Source: Bacilli bacterium (GTDB lineage: Bacteria > Bacillota_I > Bacilli_A > RF39 > UBA660). From it: a DNA stretch of 64,000 nucleotides. This document shows, one piece after another, positions 48,398 through 56,891 of the stretch. The notes under the pieces were generated by a model. The model ran no database searches. It saw nothing but the letters and a program-made list of their open reading frames with translations, and was not told where the DNA came from. Location: contig JBAMOY010000001.1 of assembly GCA_037071015.1 (NCBI GenBank), positions 380,041 through 444,040 of the forward strand, written 5' to 3'. Within the stretch, counting starts at the first letter, position 1. Every line of letters begins with the position of its first letter. The position numbers and the translations under genes are program-made.

Positions 48398-50776
48398 ATG
48401 TTAGAATATGAAATTCCATTTGTTTGCTTAATTTTTACTATTTTAATATCTATTGTTTTTTTCGCAAAGAAAAAAATTGAATTAGAAGAAAATTTTTATT
48501 ATAAAAATGTATTAATATTTACTTTAATGGTTAATATAACAAATTTTATTTCTCATTATGGTGCGAGTCTTTATTTAGTTAATACGGTTGATAGTTGGTA
48601 TACACCATTTTTTGCGGCTATAAATAAATTAGGTTCATTATTTATCGTTATTATTACTTTTAATGTAATGTCTTATATTTTCTATATTAGTTTTGACAAA
48701 TATAAAAAGAATTTTAATTTATATAAATATGTGAATAATATTATATTTTTAGTTGTAGGAATTCTAATATTTTTACTAGATTTTAATGTTACCAAGGTGG
48801 GAGCAATAACTGGCGGTAATGGGCCTGCTGTTACCTTAACATTTGGTATTGTCTTTTTTAATTTGATTATAACTTTTGTTGTATCATTATTAAATATTAA
48901 AAAATACGACCGAAGATATAATTCAATCTATATAATCATTCCCTTAATATTTTTTCTAGGTATATTTGTAATGTTTCATCCTGAATTTAATATTTATGAT
49001 TTGATTTTATGTTTGTTGTGTTATCTAATGTACTTTACTATCGAAAACCCGGATTTAAAAATGATTGAACAATTAAACCTAGCTAAAGATCATGCCGAGA
49101 AAGCTAATAGAGCTAAAAGTGATTTTTTATCTAGTATGAGTCACGAGATTAGAACCCCTTTAAATGCAATTGTAGGATTTAGTCAATGTATATTAGAAGA
49201 AGATAATTTGGATAACGCTAAAGAAGATGCTAAAGATATTGTAACCGCTTCACAAAATTTATTAGAAATAGTTAATGGTATTTTAGATATATCTAAAATT
49301 GAAGCTGATAAAATGGAAATTGTCGAGGTGAATTATAATCCACGTGATAATTTTGAAAAATTAGCCAAACTAATGATACCGCGTATTGGTGAAAAGCCTA
49401 TTGAATTGAAAACTAAAATTGCTAGTGATTTACCGGCCACTTTATATGGTGACGTTAGTAAAGTAAAGCAAATTGTTACTAATATTTTGACTAACGCCGT
49501 TAAGTATACAGAAAAAGGCGAAATTAATTTTGAAGTTAATTGTGTTAATAATGATGACGAGAGTAAATTGATTATTTCGATTGAAGATACAGGGCGAGGA
49601 ATCAAACCAGAAAAAATTGATAAGCTTTTTAATAAGTTTGAACGTTTAGATGAAGACCGAAACACAACTACCGAAGGTACAGGCCTTGGACTAGCTATTA
49701 CTAAGAGATTAGTGGAAATGATGGGTGGAAAAATTGTTGTTCAAAGCAAATATGGTGAAGGCTCTAAATTTACAGTTTATTTAAAGCAAAAGATTATTAG
49801 TCTAAATCAGGAAATAGTAGATACTAAAATCGGTAATGTTTCTATTGATGAATATCCCGATAAAAAGGTTTTGGTGGTGGATGATAATAAAATCAATATC
49901 AAGGTAGCGGAAAGATTACTAAAGGATTATAAAGTAAAAGTAGAAAGTGTCGAAAGCGGATATGCTTGTTTAGATCTTATTAAAACGGGTAATCACTATG
50001 ATTTAATTCTGTTGGATGATATGATGCCACAAATGAGCGGAGTAGAGACGTTAAAAGAATTAAAGGCAATAGATGGATATAATATTCCAACCGTAGCATT
50101 AACAGCGAATGCAATTTCTGGTATGCGTGAAAAATATTTAAACGATGGATTTGATGATTATCTTTCTAAACCTATGGATAAAGGAGAATTGCATCGTGTT
50201 TTATCTATCTATTTATCATCAGATAGCAGATCAAACCTTTTTGAACCTTTGCCACCAGAAATCTATGAAATTGAGGACAATAATCAAGTATTACAAGTGG
50301 AAGATGGAGAAGTTGCTTTAGATAATAAAGGATTATATCAAAATAAGATGGATTCATCTACACAATCTAGTTCTGTATGTGTTGAACATAATCAACCTAG
50401 TGAAGATCTTTTTTATCATAATATAGATTATTTGAAACAGAATGGCATTGATGTTGACAAAGGCCTAAAATTATTAAATGATATAGAACTATATAATGAA
50501 ACATTTGAAAATTTTATTATTGAAACCGATCATAGATTGAAAGAGTTAACTGATTATCACAATCAAAATGATATGGCTAATTATGCTATTTTAGCTCATG
50601 CTACGAAAAGTGATGCTAAATATCTAGGTTGTGACGTTTTAGCTGAAATTGCTTATAATCACGAAATGGAAAGTAAGAATGATAACATACGGTACATTAA
50701 TGAACATTTTTATGATTTATTAAGTGAAGTAAAGCGGGTGGTTAATATTGGCAAGAAGTATTTAGGCAAAGATTAA
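48398..50776 (+). CDS. Unorthodox hybrid sensor histidine kinase (multi-TM sensor, HisKA, HATPase_c, REC, HPt)
   Basis: About 7 TM helices. H-box SHEIRTPLN. N/G boxes (NAVKYT, DTGRGI, GTGLGL). Receiver (VVDDNKIN...LLDDMMPQMSG...KP). C-terminal HPt-like AHATKSDAKYLG. Confidence 0.85.
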   Translation: MLEYEIPFVCLIFTILISIVFFAKKKIELEENFYYKNVLIFTLMVNITNFISHYGASLYLVNTVDSWYTPFFAAINKLGSLFIVIITFNVMSYIFYISFDKYKKNFNLYKYVNNIIFLVVGILIFLLDFNVTKVGAITGGNGPAVTLTFGIVFFNLIITFVVSLLNIKKYDRRYNSIYIIIPLIFFLGIFVMFHPEFNIYDLILCLLCYLMYFTIENPDLKMIEQLNLAKDHAEKANRAKSDFLSSMSHEIRTPLNAIVGFSQCILEEDNLDNAKEDAKDIVTASQNLLEIVNGILDISKIEADKMEIVEVNYNPRDNFEKLAKLMIPRIGEKPIELKTKIASDLPATLYGDVSKVKQIVTNILTNAVKYTEKGEINFEVNCVNNDDESKLIISIEDTGRGIKPEKIDKLFNKFERLDEDRNTTTEGTGLGLAITKRLVEMMGGKIVVQSKYGEGSKFTVYLKQKIISLNQEIVDTKIGNVSIDEYPDKKVLVVDDNKINIKVAERLLKDYKVKVESVESGYACLDLIKTGNHYDLILLDDMMPQMSGVETLKELKAIDGYNIPTVALTANAISGMREKYLNDGFDDYLSKPMDKGELHRVLSIYLSSDSRSNLFEPLPPEIYEIEDNNQVLQVEDGEVALDNKGLYQNKMDSSTQSSSVCVEHNQPSEDLFYHNIDYLKQNGIDVDKGLKLLNDIELYNETFENFIIETDHRLKELTDYHNQNDMANYAILAHATKSDAKYLGCDVLAEIAYNHEMESKNDNIRYINEHFYDLLSEVKRVVNIGKKYLGKD

Positions 50777-50790
50777 ATCTTTGCCTTTAT
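50765..50790 (+). terminator. Rho-independent terminator after the kinase gene
   Basis: GGCAAAGAT/ATCTTTGCC stem with loop TAA, then TTTATT. Confidence 0.65.
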
Positions 50791-50818
50791 TGACTTTTTG
50801 AACTGATAAAATTATAAT
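50790..50818 (+). promoter_or_regulatory. Sigma-A-type promoter of the 212-aa orphan gene
   Basis: TTGACT, a 17-nt spacer and TATAAT. Confidence 0.65.
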
Positions 50819-50840
50819 ACATGACGTTAAGGTGATTTAA

Positions 50841-51479
50841 ATGGGATATGTTAAATTTTATTATCATGGAATTAGCGACAATTCTTTGAATTGTCTAGAG
50901 AGTATTTTTCGAAATAAAGCTATTCTTAGTCGTTCACAGATGGATAGTGAAGCACAGTTGATAAGTAAACATGAATATATAGGATATAATGGAAATAACT
51001 ATATTTCTATTTGCGAGCAATATGATAATGACGGTCATATAACCGATTGCTACGAAGAGTATATTCGTAACAATATTAGTTTAATCATTGTTAATCCAAC
51101 CTCGATTGTAAAGACTACTTTGGTTAACTGTGTTCATAAACAAGATTATAATAATTATCAAGATTATTATAATGCACTTCATAATTCTAATAATCGATAT
51201 TCAGATTTAACGGGGGAGTTTCAAGTTTATCAAATAATACCATTAAAAAACGTGGTAGCTATTGCTTATCCTTTGACGATGCAGTTAAATGACATTGATA
51301 AAAGTTATATGAATAAGTATGATAAGCTATTATCAATTAGAGATGTAATAGTTGAATATCGAAAATTAAAGTTGTTACTTGATAAATATAATATTTCTAA
51401 ATCGATTATTGATTTAGAAAATTGGCAATTAGTTGAACAAAACTTAAACAATTATAAGTATCGAATTATGAAACGTTGA
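50841..51479 (+). CDS. Hypothetical protein, possibly with an ADP-ribosyltransferase-like (DarT/PARP-type H-Y-E) fold
   Basis: 212-aa ORF with its own promoter and an AGGTGA RBS. FYYHG..LESIFRNKAILS (H9), NNYISI (Y54) and TGEFQVYQIIPLKNVVAI (E126) resemble the H-Y-E ART arrangement. Assigned by eye only. Confidence 0.6.
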   Translation: MGYVKFYYHGISDNSLNCLESIFRNKAILSRSQMDSEAQLISKHEYIGYNGNNYISICEQYDNDGHITDCYEEYIRNNISLIIVNPTSIVKTTLVNCVHKQDYNNYQDYYNALHNSNNRYSDLTGEFQVYQIIPLKNVVAIAYPLTMQLNDIDKSYMNKYDKLLSIRDVIVEYRKLKLLLDKYNISKSIIDLENWQLVEQNLNNYKYRIMKR

Positions 51480-51527
51480 TTTTCCTCAACATTTATTGTA
51501 TTATATTACTAGATAGGAGTATGATAT

Positions 51528-52457
51528 ATGCGAAAAAAAGTTTGTACTATTATCTATAATCCGCAAAGTGGAAAATTAAAAAATAAAGAATCACTGGAGG
51601 ATTTGTATAACATTATTAGCGAATATAATTATCATATAAATGTTCTATATACTGAAAAAAAAGGTGATGCGATACGTCTCATGGAGGAGTTAGCGCCGGT
51701 TGATTTGGTTATTTGTGCCGGAGGAGACGGTACCTTAAATGAATGTGTTACGGGTAATTTGCGTCGCGATAAACCGTTATTACTTGCAACTTTGCCATTA
51801 GGTACTACCAATGATGTTGGTGCTATGTTTGGTTATAGTGGAATTTATCATAATGATTTAAGATTATTATTGGAAGGTGAAAAGAAAAAAATCGATATAT
51901 GTACAATCAACGGTCGTCCATTTGTCTATAGTGCATGTATTGGTAACTATGTAGATATTGCTTATGCAACTCCTAGAAAATTAAAGTCTCGTTTTGGACA
52001 TTTAGGTTATATATTTTATGGTGTACGAAAGATTTTTGATAAAATAAATTTTTTTAACGTTGAATATAAAATTGATGGTAAAGTTTATAGTGGACATTAC
52101 TCATTTATCTTTATCACCAATACTAATCATATAGCGGGGATGAAAGACGTTTATCAGGATATCAAACTGGATGATGATTGTTTTGAGGTTGTTTTTTGTA
52201 AAATGAAAACAAAAAAGGACTTAATAAAGGCATTATTAACGATTAAAACTAAAGGTATTCCCAATGTTCCTGATGTAGAATTTTATCAAACTAATAATTT
52301 AGAAATCATTTTCAAAAAGAAAAGTAAAATGTCTTGGTGTATTGATGGTGAAGAGTTAAAAACATATAATAAAAAATTTATTTTTCAAATCAATAAAGAG
52401 ATGAAAATGCTTATTCCAAAAAAGAATATTAACAAATTGTTTAGTGAGAAGAAATAA
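51528..52457 (+). CDS. Diacylglycerol/lipid kinase family protein (YegS/BmrU-like)
   Basis: IYNPQSGK N-terminus, ICAGGDGTLNECV and LPLGTTND motifs. Confidence 0.85.
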   Translation: MRKKVCTIIYNPQSGKLKNKESLEDLYNIISEYNYHINVLYTEKKGDAIRLMEELAPVDLVICAGGDGTLNECVTGNLRRDKPLLLATLPLGTTNDVGAMFGYSGIYHNDLRLLLEGEKKKIDICTINGRPFVYSACIGNYVDIAYATPRKLKSRFGHLGYIFYGVRKIFDKINFFNVEYKIDGKVYSGHYSFIFITNTNHIAGMKDVYQDIKLDDDCFEVVFCKMKTKKDLIKALLTIKTKGIPNVPDVEFYQTNNLEIIFKKKSKMSWCIDGEELKTYNKKFIFQINKEMKMLIPKKNINKLFSEKK

Positions 52458-52476
52458 TTGTGATTATTTCTTTTTT
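52450..52476 (+). terminator. Rho-independent terminator after the lipid kinase gene
   Basis: AGAAATAAT/ATTATTTCT stem with loop TGTG, then TTTTT. Confidence 0.7.
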
Positions 52477-52573
52477 AATGTTATAATTAAAGGAAGTGGA
52501 GTATGAATAGTGCTGATATTGAAAAAATCGCTACTAATATGTGATATAATTAAAAATATATAGGAGATTTTAT

Positions 52574-52969
52574 ATGAACACGAAAATTGTTTTAACTGGA
52601 ATTTTAAAAGATAACGATGAATTTCTAGTAGTCAAAAGAAGTGAAAATGATGATTTATATCCAGGGGCCTGGGAATTTCCCGGTGGTCATTTAGAAAATG
52701 GTGAAACTTTAAAGGAAGGGTTAAAAAGAGAACTGTTTGAGGAAATTGGATTCAATTTGGAATTTGAACCAATTATTACTCATTATTATGATGAAGTTAA
52801 AAATAAGAATCATGAATTGATTCATGATTTAGAAATTGACTTTATTATTAATGTTAATAAATCAGGTGTTAATATTATATTAAGTGAAGAACATTGTGAT
52901 TACAAATGGGTAAAAAAAGATTCTGATTTATTAGACGATTATATAAAGGATAAGTTATCAAATATATAA
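52574..52969 (+). CDS. NUDIX hydrolase
   Basis: Complete Nudix box GGHLENGETLKEGLKRELFEEIGF. Confidence 0.85.
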   Translation: MNTKIVLTGILKDNDEFLVVKRSENDDLYPGAWEFPGGHLENGETLKEGLKRELFEEIGFNLEFEPIITHYYDEVKNKNHELIHDLEIDFIINVNKSGVNIILSEEHCDYKWVKKDSDLLDDYIKDKLSNI

Positions 52970-53024
52970 CTTTTATCTTCTTTAATAAACGTATCAAAAA
53001 AGTACAAAAACGGATCAAAATTGA

Positions 53025-53204
53025 TTTGGCTCTATCTTGTCAAGTGACATTCTAAGTTTTGTCGATATTAAACTAATCGATAAATATCTAAAAGATAAAA
53101 CGGTAGTTATAGTTACCCATCGACTTGGAGTACAGAAAATATGTAGTAAACATTATGCTTTTGAACATGGGGTTATGAAAGAGATACAAGAGCAAAATGG
53201 TTGA
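53025..53204 (+). pseudogene. Remnant of the 3' end of an ABC transporter ATP-binding domain
   Basis: The in-frame translation ...LSSDILSFVDIKLIDKYLKDKTVVIVTHRLGVQKICSKHYAFEHGVMKEIQEQNG* matches the D-loop/H-loop (VTHRL) end of ABC ATPases. There is no start codon and no Walker A/B motif upstream. Confidence 0.65.
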
Positions 53205-53296
53205 CACTGATGATGTTAACAAATTCATAAATTAGTCATTTTTAGACAAACTTTTCATATGTGTTTGATATAATAAATATGAAAAGGAGGGAAAGA

Positions 53297-54565
53297 ATGA
53301 AAAAATTTGCTTTATGTTGTATGGGGTTAATAACAGGTTTATTATTTGTATCAAATGCTGGAGCAACATCATATGTGCCAGCTAGTGAACCGACTTATGA
53401 TACGACTAATTCATCAAAACCAATGTTTTTTGCTAATGGTACACCAATCACTATTGCAGAGAATCCTGGTAAAAGTGGTGCGATTATTAGTTGGGATGGC
53501 GGATCAATGGAGGTTCCAGAAACAACAAGTGTTTTTGGTGGAAGTCATGAACACGAAGGTGTCTTAGAGTCAACCAATGTCGTTATGACTGGTGGAACAG
53601 TTCGAAATGTCTTCGGTGGTGGTCTACATAAGAGTCATGTAGCTACAACTAATGTTCACATTAAAAATGGTACAGTTAATGGTGTTCAAGGTGGAGGAGC
53701 TTCATCAATGAGCGGAACTACTTGTCACAAACCATGGTATAGTGGCGATGCTGACAATGCTATTAACCGCGTTGATACTGCTAATGTTACTGTTGATAAT
53801 GGTAGCATTTATCTATTATATGGTGGTGGCGAAGGTATTAGTTATACTGGTCAAGCTAATTTAACTGTTAATGGAGGAACACATAACTATACCACAGCTG
53901 GTGGTTCTAATGGCTTTACTATTGATGCTAATGTTATTATAAATGGTGGAACATTTGATGTAGTTCAAAGTGTTAATCGTGGTAGTATGAATAGCGCAGT
54001 TGTAGATATCAATGGTGGAAATATAACTAATCTTTATATTGGCGGTGAAACTGGTGATGATACTGTAACTGGTCAAATAGCTAATATTGATACCAATATT
54101 AGAGGTGGTAATGTTACTAATCTAGATATTGGTAAAAGCAATGGTTCAATTATTCCAGATACTAACGATAACGTAAATGTTACATATGTAAATGGAACGG
54201 TAGATAATATTGATTTAAGTCAATACAATAATATCACTGAATATATCGCTATTATCATTGATAATCAAGAATACACAGTGAAAAAGGGTGAAACCTTATC
54301 ATCTTTAGCTATTTTAGATTCTTTAAAAACTAAAGAAGGATATACTTTCAAAATATTTATTGATACAGCAACAGATAGTGAGTTTGCAGAAGACACACCA
54401 ATTACTGATTCTGTCGCTTTAGAAACTGTATTTGAAAAAAATGCTGTTATTGAAAACCCAAAAACAGGCGATAATATTTTAAGCTATGTTACTTTATTAA
54501 TTATCGGTTTAGGTGGTTTAGGCGTTATTGGTTTAAATCATTATAAAAAAAGTTATAATAACTAA
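53297..54565 (+). CDS. Cell-wall-anchored surface protein with Gly-rich beta-helix-like repeats and an NPKTG sorting signal
   Basis: AGGAGGG RBS and signal peptide MKKFALCCMGLITGLLFVSNAGA. Repeated ..GG(G)...N(V/I)..G motifs. C-terminus NPKTG plus a hydrophobic helix plus KKSYNN. Confidence 0.75.
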   Translation: MKKFALCCMGLITGLLFVSNAGATSYVPASEPTYDTTNSSKPMFFANGTPITIAENPGKSGAIISWDGGSMEVPETTSVFGGSHEHEGVLESTNVVMTGGTVRNVFGGGLHKSHVATTNVHIKNGTVNGVQGGGASSMSGTTCHKPWYSGDADNAINRVDTANVTVDNGSIYLLYGGGEGISYTGQANLTVNGGTHNYTTAGGSNGFTIDANVIINGGTFDVVQSVNRGSMNSAVVDINGGNITNLYIGGETGDDTVTGQIANIDTNIRGGNVTNLDIGKSNGSIIPDTNDNVNVTYVNGTVDNIDLSQYNNITEYIAIIIDNQEYTVKKGETLSSLAILDSLKTKEGYTFKIFIDTATDSEFAEDTPITDSVALETVFEKNAVIENPKTGDNILSYVTLLIIGLGGLGVIGLNHYKKSYNN

Positions 54566-54571
54566 CTAAAG

Positions 54572-54596
54572 ATCCACTTTATTAAGTGGATTTTTA
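54572..54596 (+). terminator. Rho-independent terminator
   Basis: ATCCACTT/AAGTGGAT stem with loop TATT, then TTTTT. Confidence 0.7.
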
Positions 54597-54698
54597 ATTG
54601 TTATCATGGATATATTTTATAAAAAATATTATGATTATACAATTTACTGCATAAAAATCTCTTTTTGTATCAACATAGATACGAAAGGAGATTTTTTT

Positions 54699-55475
54699 AT
54701 GGCACGTCACAAGGTTGAAATTGCGAACGTGAATACTGCGAATATTAAAGTCTTAACTAATGAAGAGATGATTTATTTATTTAAAAAATATCAAGAAGGT
54801 AATCAAAACGCTAAAGAAGAATTGATTAACGGTAATTTAAAGTTAGTTTTATCCATTTTAAAAAAATATAATAACCGAACGGATAATATGGATGATTTAT
54901 TTCAAGTTGGTTGTATTGGTTTAATTAAAGCTATTGATAACTTTGATTTGAAGCATGAAGTAAAATTTAGTACTTATGCTGTACCGATGATATTAGGCGA
55001 AATTAAAAGATATTTACGTGATAACAACAGTGTTAGAATTGCTAGAAGTATTAAAGATACAGCATATAAAGCTTTAAAAGTTAAAGAGGATTTAACTAAT
55101 AAATTGAACAAAGAACCAACTGTTGATATGATTGCTAAAGAATTAGATTTACCAATATTTGAAGTAAGTCAGGCCTTAGAATCGATGAAAGATACTATTA
55201 GTATGTTTGAACCAATCTATAATGATGGTGGTGATACTATTTATTTAGCAGATCAATTAGAAGATAAGAGAGATCAAAATTATAGTTTAGATACGAGAAT
55301 AGCGCTACGCGAAGCTTTAAATAAGTTAAAAGATAAAGAAAAATATATTTTAATTGAAAGATATATGATTGGAAAAACACAGATGGAGTTGGCTAAAGAA
55401 ATTGGAATATCACAAGCGCAAATATCGCGTTTAGAAAAAAGCGGTTTAGAAAATATTAAAAAAATGATTAATTAA
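54699..55475 (+). CDS. sigG: RNA polymerase sporulation sigma factor G
   Basis: Near-colinear with B. subtilis SigG (ARHKVEIANVNT, NGNLKLVLSILKKYNNR, DDLFQVGCIGLIKAIDNFD, KFSTYAVPMILGEIKRYLRDNN). The start is taken at the ATG after AAAGGAG; the ORF-track start is 54606. Confidence 0.92.
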   Translation: MARHKVEIANVNTANIKVLTNEEMIYLFKKYQEGNQNAKEELINGNLKLVLSILKKYNNRTDNMDDLFQVGCIGLIKAIDNFDLKHEVKFSTYAVPMILGEIKRYLRDNNSVRIARSIKDTAYKALKVKEDLTNKLNKEPTVDMIAKELDLPIFEVSQALESMKDTISMFEPIYNDGGDTIYLADQLEDKRDQNYSLDTRIALREALNKLKDKEKYILIERYMIGKTQMELAKEIGISQAQISRLEKSGLENIKKMIN

Positions 55476-55518
55476 ACATAAAAAAAGTAGTGATTAATAA
55501 AATATATTAGGTGGTAAT

Positions 55519-55749
55519 ATGCGACTTTCTGATTTACAACATAAAGATGTTATTAACATAAAAGACGGAAAAAAGATTGGAAATATTATTGATATAATGA
55601 TTGAAAGTAATGGAACGATGACCGGGTTAGTTGTTGAAAAAAGTAAATTTTTAGTTTCAATGTTTACGAATAAAGACGAAATTATTATTAATTGGAATCA
55701 GATTGAAAAAATAGGGGAAGATGTTATTTTAGTCAGTATTACATTTTAG
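55519..55749 (+). CDS. YlmC/YmxH-family sporulation protein (PRC-barrel)
   Basis: 76 aa. MRLSDLQHKDVINIKDGKKIGNIIDIMIE... is the typical family N-terminus. It follows sigG, as in many spore formers. Confidence 0.85.
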   Translation: MRLSDLQHKDVINIKDGKKIGNIIDIMIESNGTMTGLVVEKSKFLVSMFTNKDEIIINWNQIEKIGEDVILVSITF

Positions 55750-55812
55750 TAATATTCTGAACCATAATTGTATAAATTATATCAATGTGTTATAATCTTA
55801 ATAGGTGATAAA

Positions 55813-56829
55813 ATGAAAGTACTATTACATTCAGACAAACAAAAGGCAATTGAAAAAAGTGGTGTAGGACGAGCTATTAAACATCAAATGCAGGCATTAT
55901 CTTTAAATGGTGTTGAATATACTTTAAATCCTAAAGACGATTACGATATTATTCATATTAACACAATTTTTCCAGAATCATATATAATGGGGAAAAAAGC
56001 TAAACGAAAAGGTAAAAAGGTTATTTTTCATGCCCACTCTACGGAAGAAGATTTTCGAAATTCCTTTTTATTGTCTAATCAAGTGGCGCCAGTTTTTAAA
56101 ACTTGGCTTAAGAAATGTTATTCTTCAGCCGATATGATTATTACACCGACACCATATTCTAAAAAACTTTTAGATGGATATGGTTTAGGTAAACCGATTG
56201 TAGCTATTTCTAATGGTATTGAGCTTGATTATTATCGTCAGAATGATACAAGTCGTAAAAGATTTCGCGAAAAATATGGTTTTAAAGAAACTGACAAAGT
56301 AATTATCTCTGTTGGTCTATATATCGAACGTAAGGGTATTACAGATTTTGTTGAATTGGCTAAACAACTTCCGGAATATAAGTTTATTTGGTTTGGATAT
56401 ACTAACTTAAATACTGTACCGCCCAAAATTCGTGAAGCAGTAGAGACAAAATTAGATAATTTGTATTTTCCAGGGTATATTTCACGTGATGAGTTACGCG
56501 ATGCTTATTTAGGTGCCGATTTATTTTTGTTTTTAACTCATGAAGAAACAGAGGGAATTGTTTTGTTGGAAGCTTTAGCAGCTAAAATTCCAACTTTAAT
56601 TCGTGATATACCAATTTATGAAGGCTGGTTTGAAGATGGTGTAAATGTCTATAAGGCTCGCGAATTAAAAGAATTCAATGACAAAATCAAAAAAATTCTC
56701 GAAAAAGAATTGCCACCATTAACTGAAGCAGGCTATCGTGTCGCTCAAGAACGAGATATTAAAAATATTGGTAAAGAGTTACTAAAGGTTTATAATAAAG
56801 TGTTGGAAGAAGATGTTAAAAGCAAATAA
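55813..56829 (+). CDS. Glycosyltransferase family 4 (GT-B, retaining), probably for glycolipid or cell-envelope synthesis
   Basis: EX7E-type motif (HEETEGIVLLEALAAKIP). The start is taken at MKVLLHS after AGGTGA; the ORF-track TTG start is 55768. Confidence 0.8.
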   Translation: MKVLLHSDKQKAIEKSGVGRAIKHQMQALSLNGVEYTLNPKDDYDIIHINTIFPESYIMGKKAKRKGKKVIFHAHSTEEDFRNSFLLSNQVAPVFKTWLKKCYSSADMIITPTPYSKKLLDGYGLGKPIVAISNGIELDYYRQNDTSRKRFREKYGFKETDKVIISVGLYIERKGITDFVELAKQLPEYKFIWFGYTNLNTVPPKIREAVETKLDNLYFPGYISRDELRDAYLGADLFLFLTHEETEGIVLLEALAAKIPTLIRDIPIYEGWFEDGVNVYKARELKEFNDKIKKILEKELPPLTEAGYRVAQERDIKNIGKELLKVYNKVLEEDVKSK

Positions 56830-56846
56830 TGGTATTTGCTTTTTTC
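56821..56846 (+). terminator. Rho-independent terminator
   Basis: AGCAAATA/TATTTGCT stem with loop ATGG, then TTTTT. Confidence 0.7.
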
Positions 56847-56891
56847 TTGTTTAATAGAGTAAACTTTGCTATAATATTTAAGGTGATATAA

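Noticed and set aside
52503-52544. 13-codon ORF (MNSADIEKIATNM) upstream of the NUDIX gene, considered as a leader peptide
   Set aside because: No attenuator structure or codon bias suggests regulation. It is probably fortuitous.
46307-54698. Interpreting the sigE-sigG insert as a genomic island or active mobile element
   Set aside because: There is no recombinase, no flanking direct or inverted repeats, no flanking tRNA and no obvious compositional break by eye. It is reported only as an unusual insertion/rearrangement.
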